Counted from the stretch's first letter, positions 10,616 through 19,700 are shown. The stretch is 22,424 bases of DNA from an uncultured bacterium (GCA_963977445.1 CAXBPH010000097.1:1-22424), one strand, 5' to 3'. The notes: a model not told the origin generated them from the sequence alone. Numbers and translations are program-made.

Positions 10616-11189
10616 TGGCTATCTTGCTCTCGTTGTCGGATTGAATGAAACGGAAGGTACTGAGGGTAAAACTAGCCTCAGACACGCCTGCAGTCTCCTC
10701 ATCTATATCAAGATTGGACACCTTCAGATATCGGGTGTCGCGCTCCAGAAGATTGATGAACTGAACAATTTCGTGAAAGCCGCCAAGGGCAACGATTTCA
10801 TAAGGAATGGTTTCTTTATTCGGATCGGTTGTGGTCGGAAGTTGTTCCAGACCTACACTCAACCCAAGTTCCGTTGCTTTGGCCTCAAACTGCTGAAGTA
10901 ATTTGGGAATTTCCCGCTCTTCCGGGAGTCTTTTCTCGAAGACTTCTACCAACTTCTCGGCGGTTTCCGCCTTTGCCTTAAATTCTTCGTAGTCATTGTT
11001 AATGGCTACAGCCTGTTTTAGCTCTTCCTTGGTCTCTTTGAGGCTCAACTGCACCTCCGCAAGCTTTACATTTTGCTTGGTGTAGATACCGAAGTAAAAG
11101 CCCACAGATAGCAGCATCGCAAGACCAAGAACCGCTGCAACAAAGAGCCAGTCTTTGGGAGTAACGGTACCCTTAAAAAAGTCCATCAT
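10599..11189 (-). CDS. pilO: type IV pilus assembly protein PilO
   Basis: N-terminal TM, coiled coil, RLPEEREIPKLL, GGFHEIVQFINLLE; operon position. Confidence 0.88.
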   Translation of the reverse strand: MMDFFKGTVTPKDWLFVAAVLGLAMLLSVGFYFGIYTKQNVKLAEVQLSLKETKEELKQAVAINNDYEEFKAKAETAEKLVEVFEKRLPEEREIPKLLQQFEAKATELGLSVGLEQLPTTTDPNKETIPYEIVALGGFHEIVQFINLLERDTRYLKVSNLDIDEETAGVSEASFTLSTFRFIQSDNESKIANEPGK

Positions 11190-11863
11190 CAGCTTTCACC
11201 TCCCGGCTCAATTCCATACTCGAGAACGAAACCGTTTACGGGTATTCCATTGTATTCCGTCACCAGAAGTTGGGGACGCTCCAATACGAAGGTCGCCGAA
11301 AACTCTTTGTCTTCTTCGGTAGCGAAGGTAAGGGGGTTCATCTGATTGGAACCCTCTTCATTACTGATGATATAGCCGGAAAGCTCAAGAACGGGGCGCT
11401 TCACGTTTTCTTTAATGGTCTTAACTTTTTTCGTCTTTGGATCCACGACCGGAGCGCCGGTCTCCGGGTCGGTAATCACACGCTCTTCCCGCACCGTTTT
11501 AGAGGTAACGCGAATACGTTTATACCAGAAATTTTCCGGGGTCAGCGTTGCCAGTTCGTGCAATTGCTCAGACCAGATAATCCGGTCGCTGAGAATCTCC
11601 TGAATAACGCCAATCTTATTCTCCAACTGCTCCTGCTTTTCGGTGAGCGCGTTGTATTCATCGACGATATGCTGTAGCTCATCCAAGGACCGAACCGTAC
11701 TGGCAAGCTCCTGGTTAACGCTACTTATCTGGCCAATTTTCAACAGGAACAGCGCACCCATACCGGCGACGGCCAAGACGAGCACCAGCAAACTCAAAAT
11801 ATGGGGCAGCGGTGTTCTTTTTATCGGCCGCAGATCTTGGGGTAGTAGATTTACAACAATCAT
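11189..11863 (-). CDS. pilN: type IV pilus assembly protein PilN
   Basis: N-terminal VNLLP (PilM-binding INLLP motif), TM, coiled coil, WSEQLHELATLTPENFW; ATGA overlap with pilM. Confidence 0.9.
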   Translation of the reverse strand: MIVVNLLPQDLRPIKRTPLPHILSLLVLVLAVAGMGALFLLKIGQISSVNQELASTVRSLDELQHIVDEYNALTEKQEQLENKIGVIQEILSDRIIWSEQLHELATLTPENFWYKRIRVTSKTVREERVITDPETGAPVVDPKTKKVKTIKENVKRPVLELSGYIISNEEGSNQMNPLTFATEEDKEFSATFVLERPQLLVTEYNGIPVNGFVLEYGIEPGGES

Positions 11864-13200
11864 AGGTCTGCCATCCCGCGCGCTGCGAGACCCACGGCGA
11901 CCATGAATTGCGCCGGCTGCTCGAGCATTTTACCCATGGACATTTCGTCCGCTACGAAAAGCGCACTATTGGTTGGATCGGCCACATCAACGGTCTCCAC
12001 CCCCAGCTCTTCATGGAGGGTATTGCATACCAGGGCGGAGTGGGAAATACCCCCACTCAAGATCAACCGATCAACGGGACGTTCGTAGAGTTGGTGCTCG
12101 TAGTAATCAAAGGACCTACGTATTTCGGTCACCATTTTGATAAGCGATGCCGAAACAATCTCTCGCATATCCGGCTCCACCTCTTCGGCCATACCCATGG
12201 GCGACGCACCCTGAACGCCGGAGAATGAATCATCATACTCCCCGCCCATTTCATCATCGAGGGGATCGAGGAGCGATCCACCACCAGCAAACTTAGGTGG
12301 TGCCACCGGCTCATCACTACCAAAGGGATCGTCACCAAAGTCTGTCAGAGAATCAGGAGTCTGAATCTCCTCCGTGGCCGCACCAAAGGTATCGTCAAGA
12401 TTCTCTACAACTGGAACCGGGTCGGGCACGGCATCAAAAGTTGGTGCCGGTGCCGCTGCCGCTGCAGGGCTTTCAGACAAAAAGTCCTGAAGCCTGCGCT
12501 CGGCCTCTTCGTAGTCGCAGCGAAGTTCTTTGGCAATAGAGTGAACCAATTCGCGCGATCCCCAGTTTACGTCGCGAATGAAGTTGGAAATACCATCCTT
12601 CACAAAATGAATGCTGGCCGATGTAAGGCCAATATTCACAAGTGCCACCGTCTCCCCCACACGAAGAAAATCACAGGCCTCTGCTGCATCAGCAAGCGCC
12701 AGTGAATCAACGCTCAAAATCGCATATTCCAACTCGCTGGCGTCCATGATTTGGACGCGAGAATCAATTATCTCGTGTTTAGCCGCCACAAGAAGCACTT
12801 TCAGCTGGCGCTGCCCGCCCTCTTCAACTTCATCAAGCAGGGTCCAGTCCAGGGAAACCTCGGCCAGATCGTAGGGAATATTCTGGCCGGCTTCACGATT
12901 TACAATTTCCGCCAACTGATCACGAGACGACTCCGCATAACGCGGATAACGAATCACCACAGTCTGCCCGGGCAAAGCCCCGACAATCTGGCTGGAATTG
13001 AGGCTCATGTGGGCGAGCGCCTGACTAACGGCGGCGGCATGGGCGATAACGGGGTCGGCATTAACCTGATTTCGATCCACCAGGGCAAAACCGACCTCAT
13101 CGATACATAGTCGACCGCCGCGGCGAGACATTTGAACCGCCTTCACCGAATGGGTGCCAATATCGAGGCCAATTGATTTTTTTGCCTTAAAGAACAGCAA
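11860..13200 (-). CDS. pilM: type IV pilus assembly protein PilM (actin/FtsA-like) with an internal acidic insertion
   Basis: IGLDIGTHSVKAV, IPYDLAEVSLDW, VLLVAA, EIRRSFDYY, LILSGG, AVGLAAR. Start reassigned to TTG 13200 (GAGGAG SD 10 nt upstream), giving MLFFKAKKSIGLDIG. Confidence 0.92.
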   Translation of the reverse strand: MLFFKAKKSIGLDIGTHSVKAVQMSRRGGRLCIDEVGFALVDRNQVNADPVIAHAAAVSQALAHMSLNSSQIVGALPGQTVVIRYPRYAESSRDQLAEIVNREAGQNIPYDLAEVSLDWTLLDEVEEGGQRQLKVLLVAAKHEIIDSRVQIMDASELEYAILSVDSLALADAAEACDFLRVGETVALVNIGLTSASIHFVKDGISNFIRDVNWGSRELVHSIAKELRCDYEEAERRLQDFLSESPAAAAAPAPTFDAVPDPVPVVENLDDTFGAATEEIQTPDSLTDFGDDPFGSDEPVAPPKFAGGGSLLDPLDDEMGGEYDDSFSGVQGASPMGMAEEVEPDMREIVSASLIKMVTEIRRSFDYYEHQLYERPVDRLILSGGISHSALVCNTLHEELGVETVDVADPTNSALFVADEMSMGKMLEQPAQFMVAVGLAARGMADL

Positions 13201-13504
13201 TAAACTCAAGCTCCTCTCTGGACCACACCAAACCGCGACGGGTCTTTTTTCTAAATACAACAGCGTACATATACGTTGCGACACCTGGTTATTACAGCTT
13301 CGGTACGCTGCACGAGACGCTTTTGACCAGCAATCCTCGAGCGCCTGGACAGAATCGCAGGCCGCAACGCTGAACCCGTATACAAATTTTGCACCAACCA
13401 AACCGATTAAACGCTTGTCAACAATCGGTTTCGACAGGCAATACAATCAAAACCTTGGTAATCAGTTGACTAAATCTAAACCGAACTTCCGGCTCTGCAT
13501 ATTT

Positions 13505-13533
13505 AGTTTACGCAGTCCTCGCTAGTTTGTCAA
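13505..13533 (-). promoter_or_regulatory. sigma70-type promoter reading toward pilM
   Basis: Minus strand TTGACA (13533-13528), 17-nt spacer, TAAACT (13510-13505). Confidence 0.6.
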
Positions 13534-13708
13534 GTGTTTACTTTAGAAAAAATATCGACCTGCCCATTCTGACAGGTCCAATTCAAACAAATTATGGATA
13601 GATTCCCCGCCCATGCCGTTCGGCCAAGAGCGCTTCAAACCTTTCCCTCAATAGGGGGGACGTTCTCACGGTAGCCTTTCGCCTTCCACTCAAAAAGGAG
13701 GCCTGGCG

Positions 13709-13792
13709 TTGGCTACACAAATATCAAACATCCGGTTCAATGCGAAAGGTGCGGCGCTTAAAACCGTAACGAGCACGGCAGGGAAAAAATGA
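13709..13792 (+). CDS. candidate 27-aa basic small ORF, MATQISNIRFNAKGAALKTVTSTAGKK
   Basis: AAGGAGG at 13695-13701, 7 nt before TTG 13709; TGA 13790-13792; hairpin follows at 13796-13816. No homology evidence. Confidence 0.25.
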   Translation: MATQISNIRFNAKGAALKTVTSTAGKK

Positions 13793-13996
13793 TTCCCGTC
13801 ATTTTTGAGATGGCGGAAAGAGAATAAACGCGTTGATTGGTCGGAAGGATTATTGGCGTCATTATAGCACGTAGTTTACCGTTAGCTACAAGGAAAATAG
13901 CCATTTTACGCGGAATTCAGGGAAGTCGGGATTAATCTGTCCCTCGGCGTTGTTATAGATCACGAAGACGGTAAAGGCCCAATTTGTGAACAGGAT

Positions 13997-14025
13997 TGGA
14001 CTGGCGATACACGGTCGACTACAAT
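13997..14025 (+). promoter_or_regulatory. candidate sigma70 promoter for the SPASM-domain gene
   Basis: TGGACT (13997-14002), 17-nt spacer, TACAAT (14020-14025); AGGAG SD at 14049-14053. Confidence 0.5.
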
Positions 14026-14058
14026 GGATCTTATTGGCGCCATACCGCAGGAGTTTGA

Positions 14059-14796
14059 TTGTCTGTGAAATCCTCACCTGACCCCAGCATAGAATCATCT
14101 GACCCGTTGGAATACTTTGCCCTCGCCCGAACAATTCGAAAGCAGGTAAAGGCGTGTTCCTCCGAGGAATCCCTCCCCCCAGGCGACATTTTTTATTTGT
14201 GGCTACAACTCGGCATGGACGATCAATCCTTTACTATTTCTGAGGAGCAGTGGCTAAACGTCATCGATGAAGCCGCGTCTCTTGGCGTAAATTGGCTCGT
14301 CATCACCTTGGGCGATGCCGTAGACTCCCTCACGCTGGCGAACACCATGTGCCTTTGGGCGCAACAGACCTATGAAATGACCGTTTGTGTCCACACGTCT
14401 CAGGCCGGGCCCTCGCCGGAATTGGAATCGGTGATTACAACCCTGCCCCGCGACCACACCTATGTGCTGGTAGAGCCTGAATTTGCCGACGAATTCGAAG
14501 ATCTTCGGGCTCAGGGAGTGCGCGTAGGCCTGGCAAACCCTGCGCCCCACGAAGGCGAAGCGGCGTGTGACTTTCCCTATAAGATGGTGTTTGTAGACGC
14601 AAGCGGCAACCTCTATACCTGCGGGTTGGTAGCCGGGGAAGAGGAATTCCTGCTGGGTTCCGTCTTTCGAGGCAGCCTGGACCAAATCGTCCACAACCCC
14701 GGACTCCCCCACTCGGTAAACGCATTGGGCACCCGACCAAAACAAGGCTGTAGTGGTTGCCCGCCCTTGGTCGCCAAGTATCTCTGCCAGAAATAA
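14059..14796 (+). CDS. degenerate radical-SAM-like protein with a SPASM/twitch-type Fe-S domain, lacking CxxxCxxC
   Basis: ISEEQWLNVIDEAASLGVNWLVITLGD matches the PqqE/NirJ-type helix-strand that normally ends in GGEP. C-terminal C170-x12-G-x4-C188, LGSV...SLDQI and C231-x2-C234 are SPASM-like. No CxxxCxxC anywhere. Confidence 0.7.
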   Translation: MSVKSSPDPSIESSDPLEYFALARTIRKQVKACSSEESLPPGDIFYLWLQLGMDDQSFTISEEQWLNVIDEAASLGVNWLVITLGDAVDSLTLANTMCLWAQQTYEMTVCVHTSQAGPSPELESVITTLPRDHTYVLVEPEFADEFEDLRAQGVRVGLANPAPHEGEAACDFPYKMVFVDASGNLYTCGLVAGEEEFLLGSVFRGSLDQIVHNPGLPHSVNALGTRPKQGCSGCPPLVAKYLCQK

Positions 14797-14810
14797 GTTG
14801 GCAGGTAGAA

Positions 14811-15050
14811 TCAGGGCTCGAAGCCGGCTTCCCGCAGCACTTCGTCCAGCGCCTCATCCGACAGCGCCCCATCTGCTAAATCCACAACGGCGGCGCGATA
14901 CTCATCTTCGGTAAAGGTATAGCCGTGGGCGACACCAAGGTCAACCATCCGGGCCAGCACACCCGTTCCCTGCAAGGCGTTTACCGCCTCCTGCAATTCG
15001 GGTGAGGCGCCAATTTTACTGATGAATTCTTTGGCACTATCCATTGACAC
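14811..15050 (-). CDS. Nif11-like leader-peptide family protein with no evident core peptide
   Basis: MSMDSAKEFISKIGASPELQEAV...GYTFTEDEY...ALSDEALDEV follows the Nif11 leader pattern (MSxExxKxF..D/PxLQ..GFxFTxEE..ELSDEELExV). GTG start overlaps the upstream TAG (TAGTG). Confidence 0.75.
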   Translation of the reverse strand: MSMDSAKEFISKIGASPELQEAVNALQGTGVLARMVDLGVAHGYTFTEDEYRAAVVDLADGALSDEALDEVLREAGFEP

Positions 15051-16561
15051 TAGGCTTTCTCCGTCTTGGGGGCAAGAGACGCTCTTCCATCCTCCACCAG
15101 TCTTTCGACTATCTGGGGCGTCATCTTGAGTTGCGCAATGGTTTCACCATGGCTCTTAAGCACACCATTCAGGCTTTCGGGGGTGCTGTAGGACAACGCG
15201 ATAGCCAGATACAACAACGCTGCCAGACCTTCCACACCCTTGGCCTCCTGAGGCTCACTGTAATGCCGCAGCGCCTTAATCACATGGCTGGGAAATCGCC
15301 ACGATTCTGCAATCGTTCCGGCGACCATGGCATGATCCATTGTATATAACTTATGCTCTGCCACGGAGAGTTCCGGACCATACAGGTGGCCCTTGACCCG
15401 CTTGTACTTCACCGGGGACAGGCTTGCCATTGCCAGCCGACCCAGTTCGCTGATCAAGCCGAGGCTATAGGCCGCATGTTCTCCCATGGCACCGCTTTCG
15501 CGGGCCAGGCCTTGCGCAATGACGGCGGTAAGGCGAAACTTGGCCTGCAGGGGCAGGAGTGGCTCCATTATTTTGGGCGACACCGGCTTAATGAGTTTTT
15601 CCAACAATCCCGTAACGCCAGGGCGGCCCAGGACGGCGACAGCCATGGGTACACTCTCGATCTGGCCGGGCATTCCATATATATCACTGTTGGCGACCCG
15701 CATGACGAATGCACTCAGGCTCGGCTCTTCCAGAACCCGTCGGGCTATGCCATCCAACGATTTTTCGTCGGCAACACCGGCCCTTAGGGCCTTGAGCTGG
15801 CTTTCGCTCATATAAACGCCGACCCAGCTGGCCAGTTTCTCGTCAATTTTCTCCTTCGGACCCTCCGACGCCCCGAGAATGTTATCAAAACTGGAGGGTG
15901 ACAGGTCCACACGGCTACGATCCGGGTAGTACTTTTGCACCGCACCGTGTATGTCTTCCAGCTTACACAACATCGCCTTTACACGCAGGCCCGTCAACTT
16001 TTCCAACGTTGCGATGGTTCCCACGTCCAACGGACAGGCCATAGCGACTGTCAGCAGCTTTCCGAGCTGATCGATGGGTAAGACGAGGTTATCTACCGCA
16101 ATTTTCTTGGGTACAAGCTTAATCAAGTCGGGCGCAATATCAAATCGGGACAGATCAATCGCCGCAATACCCGGTTGGCGCGACAGGAAATCGTGGAGCT
16201 TCTCTTTGTCCAGATAGCCCAACGCAATCAGAAGCTCAAAGGTTTTCCCCCCTTGGGACTTCTGCTTGGAGAGGGCATCCTGCAATTGCTCCTCGGTAAT
16301 TACCCCCGCATTGATCAGCAACTGACCGATAGGCTCTTGCGCGGCCGGCGTGTCTGTGGCATCGGCTTCCGCGGGTGTATTGGCCGTACGGTTGACCGGT
16401 GGTGGAGGCGAGGAAACTGCGGCAATCGCATTTTCTTCACTACTCTTCATGTGCTCGCCGCAACGAACACATTTGAAAGTTCTGCCGATACTTTCCTCGG
16501 GAATTTTCATTTTTTGCCCACACGTGCACGTGAGGACCAGAATTGCCGTGCTTTCAGACAC
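15050..16561 (-). CDS. Zn-ribbon + MshEN/PilB-N-terminal domain + HDOD-like domain protein
   Basis: CTCG...CVRCG ribbon; PIGQLLINAGVITEEQLQDALSKQ and LLIALGYLDKEKLHDFLSRQ (MshEN-like); VLPI...LTVAMACPLD...LEKLTG (PilB/GspE N domain); EPSLSAFVMRVANSDIYG...AVAVLG, DHAMVAGTIAESWRFP (HDOD). Start reassigned to GTG 16561 (AGGAGG 7 nt upstream). Confidence 0.8.
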   Translation of the reverse strand: MSESTAILVLTCTCGQKMKIPEESIGRTFKCVRCGEHMKSSEENAIAAVSSPPPPVNRTANTPAEADATDTPAAQEPIGQLLINAGVITEEQLQDALSKQKSQGGKTFELLIALGYLDKEKLHDFLSRQPGIAAIDLSRFDIAPDLIKLVPKKIAVDNLVLPIDQLGKLLTVAMACPLDVGTIATLEKLTGLRVKAMLCKLEDIHGAVQKYYPDRSRVDLSPSSFDNILGASEGPKEKIDEKLASWVGVYMSESQLKALRAGVADEKSLDGIARRVLEEPSLSAFVMRVANSDIYGMPGQIESVPMAVAVLGRPGVTGLLEKLIKPVSPKIMEPLLPLQAKFRLTAVIAQGLARESGAMGEHAAYSLGLISELGRLAMASLSPVKYKRVKGHLYGPELSVAEHKLYTMDHAMVAGTIAESWRFPSHVIKALRHYSEPQEAKGVEGLAALLYLAIALSYSTPESLNGVLKSHGETIAQLKMTPQIVERLVEDGRASLAPKTEKA

Positions 16562-16681
16562 CAAACACCTCCTGAACCGGGCCGTCAACTCCACTTCGAT
16601 TACTTCGCAATGAGACCGTAGCGGAAAAGTTGTGGCACTAAGACCAAACGGTCGCCACAGGAATACGAAAAGCGCATCTTG

Positions 16682-16713
16682 TTGACAACAGTTTCCATTC
16701 AGTATGGTACACT
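16682..16713 (+). promoter_or_regulatory. candidate promoter of the giant coiled-coil gene
   Basis: TTGACA 16682-16687 and extended -10 TG-G-TACACT 16705-16713; the spacing between them is non-canonical. Confidence 0.35.
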
Positions 16714-16753
16714 AGACAGCACACAAAGCAAAACACAATACTTGGAGCCGCGT

Positions 16754-19700
16754 ATGGAATTCACGACCCTTGAAGGCAAACTTGCCGCATCAAACGAGCG
16801 TTTTCGTGACCGTAAACACGAAGAATCGCTTCAACTTTCTGCGGACTTATATGCTGTATTTCCCGAAAGTCCCGTACTGTGCTATTCCCGCGCACGTAAT
16901 CTAGCTGCCCTCAATCGCGTAGACGATGCCCAAGGCCAATGTCAGGAAGCCATAACATTGAGCCAGGCCATGCGCGAGCGCTTCAACGAGCTCGACGGCC
17001 TCCTCGACAAAGATCAGGTGGCACGACTCCAGCAGGCATGGCTTGATCAAGAAACCAAATTCACCTCGTTGCAATCTACCCTGGACAACCGCCTCGCCGA
17101 TGCCATGGACAAAGTGGAGCTGCAAAAAGCAGTCGCAGCGCTCCAGGGCGAGTTGAGTAGTCTCAAGTCCGAGGCCGGCAGTGTCTCCGATTCTGAGTTG
17201 GCCTTGCGTGCGGAACTGGAATCTCTCCGCTCCGCAGAGGAAGAAAAGTCCGTCGCCCTCAACCACTCTCAGGATGAACTGGAAAACCTGCGCCTGCTGC
17301 TGGGCGAACGGGAAACTGCGATTCGTCAGGTGGTTGAAGATGCGGAAGAAAAAGAAACACGCATGGAAGCCCTTCAGGGCCAGCTCGACTCCTTAAACGC
17401 CGAGGCCCAGGAGGCCGCGTCCTCCGAACAAAAACTCCTGGAAGAAGTCGAGCGCCTCCGTAACGAAGAGTCTGCCAAAGCGACGGCGCTGCAGGACGCC
17501 CGCGGTGCCATGTCGTCTCTCCAGGAAAAACTGGTGGAACGGGAAGCGGCGGTGGCCGAAGCCGAGCGGATCAGTGCAGAGCGGGAAGCGGCCATTGGTC
17601 AGTTGCAGCAGGACATGGAGCTCATCCAGCAAAACGCTTCCTCCGCAGCCGACTCCGAAAAAGCACTCCATCGCGAGTTGGAGCAGTTGCGTGAGAACGA
17701 AAAGAGCAAGTCCGAGGCCCTCGAAATGGCCCGCCATGAACTGGTCGATCTTCAGGGCAACCTGAAAGATCGCGAATCGGCCGTGGCCGTGGCAGAATCC
17801 CGCACCAAAGAGAGCGAGGCCGCCATGGCCGCGCTCCAGCAGGAAATGGATTCCATCCAGTCCCAGGCTGTAGCCGCTTCGTCTTCGGAGCAGGCCCTCC
17901 AAGTCGAACTGGAGCAGTTGCGCGCCAATGAACGACAGAAGACCGAAGCGCTGGAAAATGCCCGGGGTGAGCTTACCCAATTGCGGAGCACCCTGGATGA
18001 ACGGGAATCGGCCATCGCCACGGCCGAGGAACGGAGTCGCGAGAGCGAAGCCGCCATCGCGTCACTGACCCAGGAGCTTTCGAGCATCCAGGATAAAGCC
18101 GCCCGTGCTTCTACCTCAGAAGAAGCGTTGCAACAGGAATTGGTCCAACTGCGGGACAACGAGAAGGCCAAGACGGAAGCGCTGGAGAATGCCCGGGGCG
18201 AACTCTCTCAACTGCGCGACACCCTGAGCGATCGGGAGTCGGCCATCGCAGAAGCGGAAACGCGAAGTAAGGAAAAAGAAGCGGCGATCGCGGCGCTTCA
18301 CGGCGAACTTGAGCAAATCCAGAACCGTGCCGAAGCGGCCAAATCCTCCGAAGCCGCCTTGGCCCAGGAATTGGCTCAGCTTCGTAAGAAAGAAGAAGAA
18401 AAATCCCACTCGCTGGAAAAAACCCGGGGAGACCTCGAAAAGCTACATTCCGATCTTGCCGAGCGTGAGGCGAAGATTCAAGAGGCGACCACAAAGAGCA
18501 GCATGAGTGAAGAAGCCCTCAATGCCCTCCGCGAGGAACTCGTCGGCCTCCACAGCCAGGTACAAGAACATGCGAAGTCCGAACAGGTCCTGGCGCAGGA
18601 AGTCGACCAGTTGCGCACAGACAGTAGCTCTAAGTCGGAGTATCTGGATGGGGCCCGAGGCGAACTGGAAGCGTTGCGCGGTCAACTCAATGAGCGGGAA
18701 AGTGCCGTAGACGAAGCGCGCCAGAGCAGTGCAGAACACGCCGCTCAGGTTGCGGCCATGCAGGATGAACTGGTCAAGCTTCACGAACAGGCCCAATCCG
18801 CTTCCGCGTCGGAATCCAAAATCGTCAACGAACTCGAATCACTCCGCGAGAGCGAAGCCGAAAAAAATCGGAGCCTCGACGAAGCCCGGGCCGAACTGGA
18901 AACGTTGAAGAGCCAGCTCGGTGATCGCGAAAACGCGGTAGTGGCCGCCCGTCAGACCAGCAGCGAGCAGGAAGTCCTGCTCACAAAAATGCAAGAGGAA
19001 CTCTCGAATCTGCAGGCCAAGGCCACGCAGGCCTCCACGTCGGAAGCCAGCCTGTCTGAAGAGCTGGAAAGCCTCCGTTCGAGTGAGTCCGACAAAACCC
19101 AGGCATTGGATGACGCCCGGGCCGAATTGGAATCGCTGAAGAATGATCTCGCGGCCCGCGAAGACGCGGCCAAGGATGCCAAGGCGGATAGGGCGGAACA
19201 AGAAGCCCTCGTCGTAGCGATGCAGCAGGAGTTGGAAGGACTGCGCGACAGGGCGGCCAATGCCACGTCGTCCGAAGAGGCGCTGTCCGATGAATTGGAG
19301 CAACTCCGCAGCAATGAGACCCAGAAATCCCAGGCGCTGGATGAGGCCAAGAGCGAGGTAGAGGCCCTGCGGCGCGCGCTGGAAGAACGGGAACAGGAAA
19401 TTCAGAAGGCGGCGGATAGCGATCAGGCCAGTGAAGCGCAAATGGGCGAACTCCAGAGCGAGCTGATGGCCTTGCAGACCAAAGCGCAAGAGGCCGCCTC
19501 CTCGGAAGAGGAGCTCGAAAATGAACTCGCCCAGCTACGCAACAACGAAAAAGAAAAGAATGAGGCCCTGAACGAGTCCCGTGCCGCCCTGGAAGCATTG
19601 CAGCAGACCCTTGCTGGCCAGGAGGAAGAGGCCAAACGCGCCCTGGCTGAAAAAGTCCGAAACGAAGAAGCGGTAAAACTGCTGAAGGACGAACTCACCA

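Noticed and set aside
13201..13446. N-terminal extension of the 528-aa PilM ORF
   Set aside because: Cys-rich sequence unlike PilM; a good SD and typical PilM N-terminus start at TTG 13200.
13886..14134. 82-aa minus-strand ORF
   Set aside because: Overlaps the start and candidate promoter of the SPASM gene; no motif support.
14059..14796. Pseudogene call for the radical-SAM-like gene
   Set aside because: Uninterrupted frame, SD, candidate promoter and retained SPASM cysteines; decay is not demonstrated, though not excluded.
14059..15050. A functional canonical Nif11/radical-SAM RiPP cluster
   Set aside because: No CxxxCxxC, no double-glycine site or core, and no protease or exporter in the window.
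16631..16659. sigma54 promoter at TGGCAC within a TGTGGC/GCCACA inverted repeat
   Set aside because: No GC at the -12 position; the same fails for TGGCAC near 425 (minus) and 2940. The inverted repeat alone is too short to call.
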